Part shown: piece by piece, positions 22,122 through 33,376 of the stretch
How the letters are laid out: the number at the start of each line of letters is the position of its first letter
Numbering within the stretch: the first letter of the stretch is position 1
Source of the DNA: Candidatus Eiseniibacteriota bacterium
Lineage (GTDB): Bacteria > Eisenbacteria > RBG-16-71-46 > CAVPCR01
NCBI GenBank assembly: GCA_963823555.1
Contig: CAWGMA010000004.1
Span: 32,001-96,000 of the forward strand
DNA: 64,000 nucleotides
Reading direction: 5' to 3'
Translations under genes and position numbers: made by a program
Notes under the pieces: generated by a model
The model's database searches: none
What the model was told of the DNA's origin: nothing
Seen by the model: only the letters and a program-made list of their open reading frames with translations

Positions 22122-23480
22122 ATGCCAAAGCGTGACTTAGTTGTTCTACTGGGACTCTGGCTAGGGGTTGGAACGGTCGTCTTCGGGCTCGGGGGTTGCG
22201 GCGGCGAGAATCCCCTGGGTGCCACCGCGGGGCTGGGGATGGACGACCGACTTCCCTCCGGGGCGCCGGGGAGCATCGAGGACCCACCCGGGTCTCCCGA
22301 TCCCGACGATCCTCCCTACGGGGGCGACCCCGGGAGCTATGTCACCGGGTACTCGGTCATCCACCTCTCCTCCGGCGCCACGATCGAGGACATTCACGCC
22401 CAGTACGGCACCAGAACGGTGAGCTCCATACCCTCCCGCCGCGAGTACCTCGTCGCCGGCCCCGACGGTGTTCCGACGTGGGACCTGGTCACGGGCCTTG
22501 GTTACTCGGTGAGCTGCGATGACGCTGATTACTGCCAGTACCTGGAGACACCGGAATCGGAGCAGGCGAGTCTCGCTTTCTACGAGGGGATCTTCGGACA
22601 TCCCGACTATGTCGACCAGGACGCGCTGGCGCGGATCAGGGCTCCCGAGGCCCAGGCCATCGCGACCGGCGCGGGTGTGCTGGTTGCCGTGATCGACACC
22701 GGAGCCGATCTCGATCACCCCGATCTGGCCGGTCACCTGGTAGGGGGGATCGATCTCCTCGACGGCGACAACGATCCCTCCGATCTCCCGAACGGCCTCG
22801 ACGATGACCAGGATGGTCTCATCGACGAAGCCACGGGTCACGGCTCCCATGTGGCGGGGATCGTGGCGCTCGTGGCGCCCGCGGCCTCCATCATGCCGAT
22901 CCGCGTCCTCGATTCCGATGGCAACGGCACCGCCTTCGAGGTCGCCCACGGCATCTACACGGCGATCGATGCCGGCGCGGACATCATCAACCTGAGCCTC
23001 GGACTCGAGGCGCGATCCAAGGTCATGAGGCGAGCCATCCAGGAGGCGCGCCAGGCCGGGATCCTGGTCACGGTGTCGGCGGGCAACGCGGGGCAGCGGA
23101 TCACGAGCCACTTCCCGGCGAACCTCAGCGATGCGACGACCATCGCCGCCACCGACGCCGGCGATCTCAAGACCTACTTCTCGAACTACGGCTCGAACGT
23201 GTCGGTCTCGGCTCCAGGGATGGGCATCATGTCCACGTACTGGAATGGAGGCTATGCGCTGTGGAGCGGAACCTCGATGGCGGCCCCGTTCGTGGCCGGT
23301 GCTGCCGCCCTGCGCTTGAGCCAGGGCACGCTGCCTCCGGGCGACCTCGAGCAACGCATCGAGGCCGCGGCGCATCCGTTCGGCTCGAATCCCTACCTGG
23401 GGGAGATCGGCTCGGGGCGGCTCGACCTGCTGCCGCTCGTGCTCGGTCCGGCTCTCTTGCCGCCGGTTCCGACCAGCTGA
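22122..23480 (+). CDS. Subtilisin-like S8 peptidase, probable lipoprotein
   Basis: Lipobox LGGC; VIDTG, GHGSHVAG, SAGN, SGTSMAAP. Confidence 0.92.
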   Translation: MPKRDLVVLLGLWLGVGTVVFGLGGCGGENPLGATAGLGMDDRLPSGAPGSIEDPPGSPDPDDPPYGGDPGSYVTGYSVIHLSSGATIEDIHAQYGTRTVSSIPSRREYLVAGPDGVPTWDLVTGLGYSVSCDDADYCQYLETPESEQASLAFYEGIFGHPDYVDQDALARIRAPEAQAIATGAGVLVAVIDTGADLDHPDLAGHLVGGIDLLDGDNDPSDLPNGLDDDQDGLIDEATGHGSHVAGIVALVAPAASIMPIRVLDSDGNGTAFEVAHGIYTAIDAGADIINLSLGLEARSKVMRRAIQEARQAGILVTVSAGNAGQRITSHFPANLSDATTIAATDAGDLKTYFSNYGSNVSVSAPGMGIMSTYWNGGYALWSGTSMAAPFVAGAAALRLSQGTLPPGDLEQRIEAAAHPFGSNPYLGEIGSGRLDLLPLVLGPALLPPVPTS

Positions 23481-23499
23481 TCCCGACCTGTCCGCCCCA

Positions 23500-23997
23500 T
23501 CACCGCATCCTCACCATGAAGCCGACGGTGAGGAGCAGGTGCTCGTAGTGCCCGTCGCCCGCCGGATTGATGAGGAGGAAACGCCCGCTCCCGTCGATGC
23601 GGACCGGGCCCAGCGGGATCTCGGCGCCAAGGCCCACGTTGTAGCTGAAGGCGCCGTCCTGATCGGGCTCCGGTTCGCGATCGACCCAGCTCCAGCCGAG
23701 CCCGCCGGTCCAGTAGATCCAGGGCAGGATCCCGCCGCGCGAGATGCCGTTCAGGCCCAGGCTCGTGATGTCGATCCGGTCGCCGCCGCCGAGCCAGTTG
23801 ACGCCGGGCTCGAAGGCGAAAGCCGTGCCCCCGATCCGCGCGAAGATCCCGTAGGTCGAAGCCGTGACCGCCTGGTCATGGAAGGGAACATCCATTCCGA
23901 GACGAAATCCGCCGTCGATCGTGGTCTGGGCCCGAGCCGGTGCGGAGATCCCGATCGCGATTCCGAGGCTCAAGGCGAAGGCGGTTCCGGATCGCAT
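23500..23997 (-). CDS. Small outer-membrane beta-barrel protein
   Basis: Signal peptide (ARA), alternating beta-strand pattern, YWTGGLG, NVGLGAE. Confidence 0.7.
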   Translation of the reverse strand: MRSGTAFALSLGIAIGISAPARAQTTIDGGFRLGMDVPFHDQAVTASTYGIFARIGGTAFAFEPGVNWLGGGDRIDITSLGLNGISRGGILPWIYWTGGLGWSWVDREPEPDQDGAFSYNVGLGAEIPLGPVRIDGSGRFLLINPAGDGHYEHLLLTVGFMVRMR

Positions 23998-24008
23998 GGT
24001 TCTCCCTC

Positions 24009-24929
24009 CTACACGATGCGCTGACCGAGAGCGGAGAGAATGAGCTCGGTTCCAACCTCGGCCGAGTGATTGCGCAGGTCGAGAATCGGATTGAGCTCCG
24101 CCACGTCCATGGCGACCAGACGGCCGCTCTCGGCCACCATCTCGCAGAGCAGGTGCGCCTCACGGTAGGAGAGCCCGCCGCGGACCGGTGTCCCCACGCC
24201 GGGGACCACTTCCGGGTCGAGGCCGTCGAGGTCGAGGCTGAGATGAATGCCGGCCGCCCGGGCGGCGAACACCGACAGCACCTCATCGAGGATGGTGCCC
24301 AGACCCCGGCGATCGATATCCGTCATCGAATAGGCGCGCACTCCACTCCGGCGAACCGCTGTCTTCTCGTGATCGTCGAGATTGCGGAGTCCGATCAGGG
24401 CCACGCGCTCGGGATCGACGCTCGCGCCGTGGCTGATCGCCACGAGTTCGGCCGGCCCCAGCCCGAGGACGGCAGCCAGCGGCATGCCATGCACGTTCCC
24501 CGACGGGCTCGTCTCCGGCGTGTTCATGTCGGCGTGCGCGTCCACCCAGATCAAGGCCAGCTCCTCGCCGCGCGCCCTGAGCGCGCGCGCCACGCCGGGA
24601 ATGGAGCCGGCGGCGAGCGAGTGATCACCGCCGAGCGTGATCGGCATGCGGCCGGCGGCCACCGCCGCTTCCGTCATCTCCGCGAGCGTGGTGCAAGCGG
24701 CCGTGATCTCGTCGATGAAGCGCTTGTGAGTGTCGCCCGGATCGATGCCCTCGGGGATGGGGACGCGGATGTTGCCGCGATCGGTCACGGCGTGACCGAG
24801 GGCGACCAGGCGCTCGGCGAGTCCGGTGAGACGGAAGGCCGACGGGCCCATGTCGACACCGCGGCGTCCGGCGCCGAGGTCGAGCGGGACACCGATGAGA
24901 TCGATGGGGCTCCCATGCGTTACGCCCAT
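24009..24929 (-). CDS. rocF: Arginase
   Basis: GVDMGP, GGDHS, DAHADMN, SGNVHGMP, SLDLDGLDP, ELNP. Confidence 0.93.
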   Translation of the reverse strand: MGVTHGSPIDLIGVPLDLGAGRRGVDMGPSAFRLTGLAERLVALGHAVTDRGNIRVPIPEGIDPGDTHKRFIDEITAACTTLAEMTEAAVAAGRMPITLGGDHSLAAGSIPGVARALRARGEELALIWVDAHADMNTPETSPSGNVHGMPLAAVLGLGPAELVAISHGASVDPERVALIGLRNLDDHEKTAVRRSGVRAYSMTDIDRRGLGTILDEVLSVFAARAAGIHLSLDLDGLDPEVVPGVGTPVRGGLSYREAHLLCEMVAESGRLVAMDVAELNPILDLRNHSAEVGTELILSALGQRIV

Positions 24930-25116
24930 GATAGACGTGCCCCGCAGTCTGCCCTTGGTTGACGTGTCTGCATCAGACCGCATATCATAACGGGGCATGC
25001 GTTGCGTCGAAAGGCGATAGTATGATGCGACTTTGCGCCGGTGCGCGTTTCTCGTTCCCGGTCTCGGCCCCATCCCTGGCCCCGCCGGCTAGCCCGACAG
25101 GCGACATCAGAAGCCC

Positions 25117-28100
25117 ATGACATCCCAAGCGAGAAGCCTTCTCCTCGAGGAGTTCCTCCGCGAGCGCATCCTGGTGCTCGACGGTGCCATGGGCACGGCC
25201 GTCCAGGCGCGGGACCTGACGGCCGCCGATTTCGGAGGCCCCGATCTCGAGGGCTGCAACGAGAATCTGGTCTTCACCCGCCCGGATGTGATCCTGGACA
25301 TCCATCGCGCGTATCTCGCCGCGGGCGCCGACATGCTCGAGACCGATACGTTCGGCGGGACGCCGATCGTGCTCGCCGAATACGGGCTCGCCGCGCGGGC
25401 GCGTGAGCTCAATCGCGTCGCCGCCGAGCTGGCCCGGCGCGCGGCGGCGGAGGCTGCGACCCCGTCCCGCCCGCGCTTCGTCGCCGGCTCGATGGGACCG
25501 ACGACGAAGGCGATCTCGGTCACCGGGGGCGTCACGTTCGATGAGCTCCGCGGGGCCTTCCGCGAGCAGGCGGCCGGGCTCGCTGCGGGTGGTGTCGATC
25601 TCCTCATCGTCGAGACGCAGCAGGACACGCGCAACGTGAAGGCCGCTCTCCTCGGCATCGAGGACGCGTTCGCCGAGCTCGGGGTCCGCGTTCCGATCAT
25701 GGTGTCGGGCACGATCGAGGCCACGGGCACCATGCTCGCCGGGCAGGGCGTCGAGGCTCTCTACACGTCGGTCATGCATGCCGACCTGCTCTCGATCGGT
25801 CTGAACTGCGCCACCGGACCGGAGTTCATGACCGATCACCTGCGCGCCCTCTCAGGGCTCGCCCGGACCCGGGTCTCGTGCATTCCCAACGCCGGGCTGC
25901 CGGATTCGGAGGGGCGCTATCTCGAGACTCCCGAAGGCATGGCGCGGGTCCTCGAGCGCTTCTGCGACCAGGGCTGGATCAACCTCGTTGGCGGTTGCTG
26001 CGGCACGACGCCGGCGCACATCCGGGCCATGGCCGACATGGTGGCCGGCAAGCGGCCCCGGATCGTGCCCGAGCACCGGCGCACGCTCGTCTCGGGAATC
26101 GACTTCCTGGAGGTGAGCGACGACAACCGGCCGGTGCTGGTCGGCGAGCGCACCAACGTGATCGGCTCGCGCAAGTTCAAGCGGCTCGTCGGCGAGGGCA
26201 AATGGGAGGAGGCGAGCGAGATCGGCCGCCAGCAGGTGAAGGGCGGCGCGCAGGTCGTCGACGTCTGTCTCGCCGATCCCGATCGCGACGAGCTCGCCGA
26301 CATGATGGCGTTCCTGCCCGAGCTCATCCGCAAGGTGAAGGCACCGCTCATGATCGACTCGACCGACCCCGGGGTCATCGAGCGCGCGCTCACCTGCTGC
26401 CAGGGCAAGGCGATCATCAACTCGGTCAACCTCGAGGACGGCGAGGAGCGCTTCGAGCAGGTGCTGCCGCTCGCGCGCCGCTACGGCGCGGCGGTGGTCT
26501 GCGGCACCATCGACGAGGATCCCGCAGAGGGCATGGCGGTCACCCGCGAGCGCAAGCTCGAGGTCGCCCGGCGCGCCTTCGAGCTCCTGACCGTGAAGTA
26601 CGGCGTTCCGGCCGAGGACATCATCTGGGATCCGCTCACCTTCCCTTGCGCCACCGGCGACGCGAACTACGTCGGAAGCGCGGTCGAGACCATCGAGGGA
26701 TTGCGTCTGCATCAAGGAGGCGTTCCCGGAGACCAAGACCATCCTCGGCATCTCGAACGTCTCGTTCGGTCTGCCCGAGGCCGGCCGCGAGGTGCTGAAC
26801 TCGGTCTTCCTGTATCACTGCGACCAAGGCCGGGCTCGACCTGGCCATCGTCAACAGCGAGAAGCTCGAGCGCTACGCCTCGATCCCGGACGAGGAGCGC
26901 CGGCTCGCCGAGGATCTGCTCTGGAACCGGAGGCCCGACGCCGATCGCCGTCTTCGCCGCCCACTTCCGGGATGCCAGGTCCCGGGTCCAGCGCCGACGT
27001 CACGACCCTTCCTCTCGACGAGCGGCTGGCGCACTACATCATCGAGGGCACCAAGGAATGGACTGATCGCCGACCTCGACCTCAAGCTCGAGGAGGCGCG
27101 CCCGCTCGACATCATCAACGGGCCGCTGATGGCGGGATGGACGAGGTGGGGCGCCTCTTCAATCGCCAACGAGCTGATCGTGGCCGAGGTGCTCGAGAGC
27201 GCAGAGGCGATGAAGGCGGCGGTGAGCCACCTCGAACCGTTCATGGAGAAGTCCGAAACCGCTTCCCGGGGCAAGGTGATCCTCGCCACCGTCAAGGGTG
27301 ACGTGCACGACATCGGCAAGAACCTGGTCGACATCGTGCTCTCGAACAACGGCTACACGGTGGTGAACCTGGGTATCAAGGTGCCGCCAGAAGCGCTCAT
27401 CGCCGCCGTGCAACGAGCATACGCCCGACGTGATCGGACTATCCGGACTCCTCGTCAAGTCGGCGCAGCAGATGGTGGTGACCGCCGCCGACCTGCGGAC
27501 CGCGGAGATCACCGTGCCGATCCTGGTCGGGGGCGCCGCGCTCACCCGAAAGTTCACCCGGACGCGCATTGCGCCCGCGTACGGTGGGCTCGTCGTCTAT
27601 GCCAAGGATGCGATGAACGGGCTCGACCTGATGAATCGCCTGATGGACCCTGCGGGGCGTGAGGCGCTCGCAGCCGCGGCCGCCCGCGACGGGGGGGAGG
27701 GTGAGGAGGCGGCCGCTCCGGCGAGGGCGGCGGGGCCGCCGCGCCCGGCGGCGCGGTCGCGCGCCGTGCGTGTCGATCTGCCGATCCCGCGCGTCCCGGA
27801 CCTCGAACGGCATGTTCTCGACGTGCCGGCGCTCGATGAGATCTGGGCTTACCTCAACCCACAGATGCTCTACGGACGGCACCTGGGGCTGCGTGGGGAC
27901 TTCGCGCAGCTGCGCGCCGCCGGTGACGAGAAGGCGATCGCGCTCGAGGAGGTGGTCGATCAGGTCAAGGCGGAGTGCCGCCAAGGCGCGATGAAGGTTC
28001 GCGTCGTATGGCGGTTCTTCCCTGCCGAGGGGGAGGGCAACGAGCTCCGCCTGTACGTCGAGCCCGCTGCGCGTGAGCCGGCGGCGCAGGTCCGGTTTCC

Positions 28101-28617
28101 ACGGCAGGCCAAGGAGCCGGGGCTCGCGCTTCCCGACTTCGTCCTGCCGCCGCAGGATGGCCGGCGCGATCATGTCGCGCTCTTCGTCACCACGGCCGGG
28201 GCCGGCATCCGCGACCGGGCGGAAGAGGCCAAGCGCCGCGGCGAGTACGTGCGCTCGCATGCGCTCCAGGCGTTGGCCCTCGAGACGGCCGAGGCGGCGG
28301 CCGAGTGGCTGCATGCTCGGCTGCGGAACCTCTGGGGGTTTCCCGATCCGCCGGAGGTCGCGATGCGCGACCGCTTCCGTGCCCACTATCGCGGCAAGCG
28401 CTTCTCGTTCGGCTATCCCGCCTGCCCGGACCTCGCCGACCAGTCGGTGCTCTTCCGCCTGCTCGAGCCCGAGGCGATCGGTGTCGAGCTCACTGACGGT
28501 TACATGATGGATCCCGAGGCCAGTGTGTCGGCCCTGGTGTTCCATCACCCTGACGCCATCTACTTCGGGGTCGGTGGGGCCGGGGCGGACGAGTCGCAGC
28601 TTCCGGCTGCGATCTAG
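25117..28617 (+). CDS. metH: B12-dependent methionine synthase, broken by several frameshifts at about 26700-27420 (probably sequence errors)
   Basis: LDGAMGT, GLNCATG, GGCCGTT, GERTN, GISNVSFGLP, ATVKGDVHDIGKN, GYPACPD; domains colinear across frames. Confidence 0.92.
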
Positions 28618-28694
28618 CTCCCCGGCTCCCGTGGTATGCTCGCGTCAACAGCCTCACGTCACGGTCGACTCCCCAACTCCAAAGAAACCATTTC

Positions 28695-29369
28695 ATGAAT
28701 CAGCCTGAATCCGCTGACCTGCGACCGCTCGCTCCCGGTGCCGCCGGTTCTGTTTCCGGCGGATCCGCCATCCGCCGCTCCTGGCTCCGGCGGCTCTATG
28801 ACTGGGTGCTCCACTGGGCGGAGACGCCGTATGGCGTGCCGGCGCTGGCCCTCCTGGCCGTGGCCGAGTCCTCGTTCTTCCCGGTGCCGCCGGATATTCT
28901 CCTGATCGCGCTCGCCATCTCCATCCCGCGGCGGGCGATCCGCTATGCGCTCATCTGCACCGTGGCCTCGGTGGTCGGGGGCATGCTGGGCTACGCGATC
29001 GGCGTCTACGGCTACGAGCTCATCGGCCAGCGCATCGTCAGCTTCTACCATGGCGAGGCGGTGATGGAGAAGGTCCGGGTCTGGTATGACGCCTACGGCT
29101 TCTTTGGCGTTCTGATCGCGGCGGTGACGCCGATTCCCTACAAGGTGTTCACCATTGCGTCGGGTGTCTTCGATTTCGACTTCAGCACCTTTCTCGCTGC
29201 CTCGGTGCTGGGGCGCGGCCTCCGCTTCTTTACCGTTGCCGGCCTGATCTACGCCTTCGGCGCGCCGATCAAGAGCTTCATCGATCGCTACTTCAACAAG
29301 CTGGCAATCCTCTTCGTGATCCTCCTCGTGGGTGGCTTCATCGTCATCAAGCTGGTCGCGGAACACTGA
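28695..29369 (+). CDS. YqaA/DedA (VTT domain) membrane protein
   Basis: AESSFFPVPPD, TPIPYK, GRGLRFF. Confidence 0.9.
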   Translation: MNQPESADLRPLAPGAAGSVSGGSAIRRSWLRRLYDWVLHWAETPYGVPALALLAVAESSFFPVPPDILLIALAISIPRRAIRYALICTVASVVGGMLGYAIGVYGYELIGQRIVSFYHGEAVMEKVRVWYDAYGFFGVLIAAVTPIPYKVFTIASGVFDFDFSTFLAASVLGRGLRFFTVAGLIYAFGAPIKSFIDRYFNKLAILFVILLVGGFIVIKLVAEH

Positions 29370-29402
29370 GTGCCTCCGGCCGGCACCCTGCCGGTGGTGT
29401 GA

Positions 29403-29876
29403 TCAGACCTCCCTGGGGAGGCCTCCCGTCGCGCCGAGGATCCAGCGCAGGCACTTGTGAGCGAGGTCGACCGAGCCGGCGAACATCATCGGACACCCCC
29501 CCGGGATGACCGTCATGTTCCGCTCCCGGCCCAGCCGGACAGCCTCCGCCGAGAAGCTGCCCTGACCCAGGGAACGGTGGAGCCACACCCGCCGGATGCC
29601 GAGCTCGCTGCACTCACGCACGATCTGTGAGCTGACATCGGGTGGCGTGGCGACGACCACGGCATCGACGCTCCCGGGAATCGACCTGAGGTCGGCGTAG
29701 CAGGTCACCCCTTCAACCGCGGTCGCCGCCGGATTGACCGGGACCACGTCGTGACCGGTTTGCTTGAGCCTCCGGTAGATGGCGTTCGCCGGCTGGTGAC
29801 CGCTTCGCGACACGCCCACCACCGCGATCCTCTTCTGCGCCAGAAAGTCAGCGATGGCGGCGCTCAGGGTTGGCAT
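29403..29876 (-). CDS. CoA-binding protein (YccU-like)
   Basis: IAVVGVS, VPVNP, VWLH, GCPMMF. Confidence 0.88.
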   Translation of the reverse strand: MPTLSAAIADFLAQKRIAVVGVSRSGHQPANAIYRRLKQTGHDVVPVNPAATAVEGVTCYADLRSIPGSVDAVVVATPPDVSSQIVRECSELGIRRVWLHRSLGQGSFSAEAVRLGRERNMTVIPGGCPMMFAGSVDLAHKCLRWILGATGGLPREV

Positions 29877-29920
29877 GTGTCACCTCCTTGTGCAATGCCC
29901 GTCGTGAAAGGCGAGCGAGT

Positions 29921-29951
29921 CGGGGGGCGAGGCCGCGCGGCTCGCCCCCCG
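29921..29951 (-). terminator. GC-rich hairpin after the secreted-protein gene
   Basis: CGGGGGGCGAG/CTCGCCCCCCG stem; weak U-tract. Confidence 0.5.
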
Positions 29952-29964
29952 CTGGCGCCCGCGA

Positions 29965-31518
29965 TCACCGGAACAGCATGAGCTTCGTCGCCTCGTGGAG
30001 CCCGCCGGCCTCGAGACGATAGTAGTAGATGCCCGACGGAATGCCACTGGCATCCCATTCCACCGCATGCTCTCCCGTCGCTTGCACCGCGCGGAAGACC
30101 TCGGCGACCTTGCGCCCGCTGACGTTGAAGATACTGATCCGGACTTCAGCCGTGGCGGGGAGATCATAGGAGACGATCTGGTGACGCTCCCAGGCCGAGG
30201 TCAGAGCGGCCAGCTTCAACCGTCCGCTGCCTTCGCCTCCGCCGACAATGCGAACGCAATCACTGGCCGTGAACGATTCCCCGCTCAACAGAGCGCCGCT
30301 CAGGGTCAGTTGCCTCTCGTCGTCGCGCTCGACGGGCCCGATGGCAGCGAGCAGAGCGGGTGCCGGGAACTTGAGCGTCAGATCCAGGATCCCGTCCGCC
30401 CCCGCGCCCGTGCAGTCGCACGACTCTCCACTCGTGGCGGCGCTCACGTCCTCGTAGTCCCAGCGTTCGGGAGCGACGCCCTCGAGCCTCAGGCTAGAGA
30501 CATCGATGGCATGCACGTCGAGCTCTGGTGTGCCCCGGAGCGCGGCTGGAACCACACCCTGCTGGCGTGGGTTGAGGGGATTCGGGCAAGTTCCCGGTTT
30601 GATGTCCAGCCCGTAGGCGATGGCGGGTGGCGCACCGGCCGCGACCACGACGACGGCCGTCGGCTCGTAGACGACGCTGAACTCGCTGCCGCCGCTGGCC
30701 GGCAGAATCTCGCTCGAGAAGGTACCCGTGATGGAGGGTGCGATGAGCACTTCGAATCGATCCCCGGGCCGCGGTGCGAATCCCTCGATGAGTGTGATGC
30801 GCAGGGTGCCGTTCAAGGTGGCCGGGGAATCGCTCCGTTCCACCCGGAGCTGATCGTAGCCGGTTCCCGGAGTCGTCCCGCCGATCTCGATCTCCAGGAC
30901 TCCGCTCTCGCGCTGCACGTAGCCACCCGGAGATACGGTGCCGATGGCGAGCGCGCCAGGCATTCCCGGTGCCAAGCCCGGACTCACCGTTCCCGAGTTT
31001 TCGAGAACGTGGTTCTCCATGGACCCGCCGTCGCCGCGCAGCATTCCGCCGGCCGCGAGCGCGAACCCGATGGGCCCGGTCGCCAGACACTCGATCCTGG
31101 TTCCGGGTTCGAGGATCAGGGTGCCCGCCGGGCCGATGGTCTGCATCCCGGACCCGGTGATGGCTCCGCGCTTCAGCGCGAGACTGGCGGGGGAGCCGGC
31201 CGTGCCGACACCGATCACGGCACGAAACGAGTCGTGGGTCATCAGCGTCACGTCACCGCTCGGGACGTGAATGATGCCAAGGCCCTGAATCAGGGCGGCA
31301 TCGCTGGCGTCTACTTGATAGGTTGCGGTCTGACCGAAGACGGCGATGTCGAAGAAGAACCGAGGGTAGCCGCGCGGAACCCAGTTGCTCGTGTCCTCCC
31401 ACCGGCCACCGTTCGGATTGCTCCACTGGAAGGTCGCCCCTTCCGCCGCAGCGTGAGCCAGGCTCCCGCCGACGATGACCGCGATCAGGAGCAGCAGGGG
31501 ATTTCGGTGGTTGTTCAT
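29965..31518 (-). CDS. Secreted protein: Gly-rich beta-helix-like region, 'DIKPG' domain, T9SS/FlgD-like tail
   Basis: Signal peptide; GGTTPGTGYDQL; LDIKPGTCPNP..DGILDLTLKF; FNVSGRKV..WDA..SGIYYYRL. Confidence 0.8.
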   Translation of the reverse strand: MNNHRNPLLLLIAVIVGGSLAHAAAEGATFQWSNPNGGRWEDTSNWVPRGYPRFFFDIAVFGQTATYQVDASDAALIQGLGIIHVPSGDVTLMTHDSFRAVIGVGTAGSPASLALKRGAITGSGMQTIGPAGTLILEPGTRIECLATGPIGFALAAGGMLRGDGGSMENHVLENSGTVSPGLAPGMPGALAIGTVSPGGYVQRESGVLEIEIGGTTPGTGYDQLRVERSDSPATLNGTLRITLIEGFAPRPGDRFEVLIAPSITGTFSSEILPASGGSEFSVVYEPTAVVVVAAGAPPAIAYGLDIKPGTCPNPLNPRQQGVVPAALRGTPELDVHAIDVSSLRLEGVAPERWDYEDVSAATSGESCDCTGAGADGILDLTLKFPAPALLAAIGPVERDDERQLTLSGALLSGESFTASDCVRIVGGGEGSGRLKLAALTSAWERHQIVSYDLPATAEVRISIFNVSGRKVAEVFRAVQATGEHAVEWDASGIPSGIYYYRLEAGGLHEATKLMLFR

Positions 31519-31984
31519 GGCTGCACCTTCTGCGTTTGAAGGGGGGTGCATCATCCGCAGGAGGTGGGAATCCCACCCCTGCGGCTGGTGCCCCAGGTCT
31601 TCATGGGGTGTCACGCTCCACGTGTCTCGAGGTAGCAAGGACCAGGCCACGACACCTGCATGCGGGGTGCGTTCCCCCAGCGATGAGTTAGTGAGCGATG
31701 GACTCGTCGCTTTGCTCGCGCGGAAGCTCGGCGCCCACTGCCGGCGGAACCTTTCAATCTGCCTGCTCGAGTGCCATGGCCATTGCCGCGGCGTGCAGCG
31801 CGCCCTCAGGTGGGCTCTCTAGGGTTCTCTCGAAGCCGTTGCGCGAGGTCTATCCGCACCCGTATGATCCGGGGGTTCTGGCACAATGAACCGCGTGGCC
31901 GGCCGGCGATGCACCCCCGAATCTGCGGCTGCCCCGGAAGCAAGAGCCACGGCCGGCGGCCGTTTCACTTGGAGGAGGTTTCTC

Positions 31985-32560
31985 ATGTTTCAGCTGCCCG
32001 AATTGCCCTATGCCATGGATGCCCTGGAACCGCATATCTCGCGCGAGACGCTCGAGTACCACTACGGGAAGCACCATGCTGCCTATGTCAACAAGCTGAA
32101 CGAACTCGTCAAGGGAACTCCGAATGAGAAGGCCTCGCTCGAGGACATCGTGAAGAAGGAATCGGGAGGGATCTTCAACAACGCAGCTCAGATCTGGAAT
32201 CACACGTTCTATTGGCACTGTCTCGCGCCGAAGAGTGGAGCGCCGAGCGACAAGCTCCTGGCAGCCTTGAATGCGAACTTCGGCTCACTCGAGGAGTTCA
32301 AGAAGCAGTTCTCGAACGCCGCGGCCACTCTGTTCGGCTCCGGCTGGGCATGGCTGGCCAAGAAGGGGGATGGCAAGCTCGAGATCGTCCAGGAATCGAA
32401 TGCCGGTACGCCGCTCACGCGCGGTTACGCACCGCTGCTCACCTGTGACGTCTGGGAGCACGCCTACTACATCGACTACCGGAATGCGCGCCCGAAGTAC
32501 ATCGAGGCATTCTGGAATCTGGTCAACTGGACATGGGTCGAGAAGCAGTGGCAGGCCTAG
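31985..32560 (+). CDS. sodB: Fe/Mn superoxide dismutase (Fe-type residues)
   Basis: HYGKHH, FNNAAQIWNH, FGSGWAW, DVWEHAYY; GGAGG RBS. Confidence 0.95.
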   Translation: MFQLPELPYAMDALEPHISRETLEYHYGKHHAAYVNKLNELVKGTPNEKASLEDIVKKESGGIFNNAAQIWNHTFYWHCLAPKSGAPSDKLLAALNANFGSLEEFKKQFSNAAATLFGSGWAWLAKKGDGKLEIVQESNAGTPLTRGYAPLLTCDVWEHAYYIDYRNARPKYIEAFWNLVNWTWVEKQWQA

Positions 32561-32614
32561 AGCGAAGCCAGAGTCCCGTCGCTTCTAGGCGGTTCCTGTA
32601 ACTCTGATGGTCGG

Positions 32615-32642
32615 GCCCCGGGAAGCATCAGCTTCCCGGGGC
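32615..32642 (+). terminator. Hairpin downstream of sodB
   Basis: Perfect 12-bp stem GCCCCGGGAAGC/GCTTCCCGGGGC. Confidence 0.6.
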
Positions 32643-32722
32643 TTGGCCTTGTGGCCGGTGGGAGTGGTATGATGACCGATAGGGATGGGCCTTGCCGTCT
32701 CGAAGCAAGGGGAGGGGAAGCC

Positions 32723-33169
32723 ATGTCCGACCGCCAGCCCTACCAGTACGTTCTCGAAGAGCACAAGGAACTTCTCGCCCACCTCGAGCAGATCGAATCG
32801 CTCGTACGCCCTCATCGCGGGGAATCAGCCGCCGCCAGCGGTTCCGCCTCGCTCCGCGATGAGATCGGACTCCTGGCCGAGAGCCTGGCGCGTCACTTCG
32901 CGGGGGAGGAACGGGGATTCCTGGCCGACCTTTCAGCCGAACGGCCGGAGTTCGCCCGCGAACTGGATGCGCTCGGGAAGGAGCACTCGGACCTCCTGGC
33001 CACCGTGACCACGCTCCGCGACCTGGCGCACAGCCTGCCCGACGCCGATCTCGTACACGAGGTTCGCGCCGGACTTCGCGATTTCTTCGCTCGCTTGCGG
33101 GAGCACGAACGCCGGGAGACCGATCTCGTCCAGGAGGCGGCGCTGCGCGATATCGGATTCTCGGCCTGA
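32723..33169 (+). CDS. Hemerythrin-like HHE domain protein
   Basis: EEH, HFAGEE, EH, HERRE. Confidence 0.8.
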   Translation: MSDRQPYQYVLEEHKELLAHLEQIESLVRPHRGESAAASGSASLRDEIGLLAESLARHFAGEERGFLADLSAERPEFARELDALGKEHSDLLATVTTLRDLAHSLPDADLVHEVRAGLRDFFARLREHERRETDLVQEAALRDIGFSA

Positions 33170-33376
33170 TCGGGGACCTGTCCGCCGCCTGGTCTCGTCG
33201 CCGGAGGCCGGCCGGATGGGCTGGCCCCGGCCGGCGGTCCTCCCTGCAAGCGCCCGGGGCCGGTCATCCCGCTGGTCCGCAGGGGAGATCGTCCTGCCTG
33301 GCTCGCCGTCCCATCGGTGCTTCATGCTTTCCCGCTCCTCCCGAGCCGTCCTCCGAAGATGTTCTACAGAAAGGGG

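Noticed and set aside
24930..25116. SAM or cobalamin riboswitch before metH
   Set aside because: Short divergent spacer without recognisable conserved boxes.
26700..27420. metH as a pseudogene or programmed-frameshift gene
   Set aside because: About eight single-base indels in 700 bp with intact motifs, no slippery sites and clean flanks; best explained as consensus errors. Needs reads to confirm.
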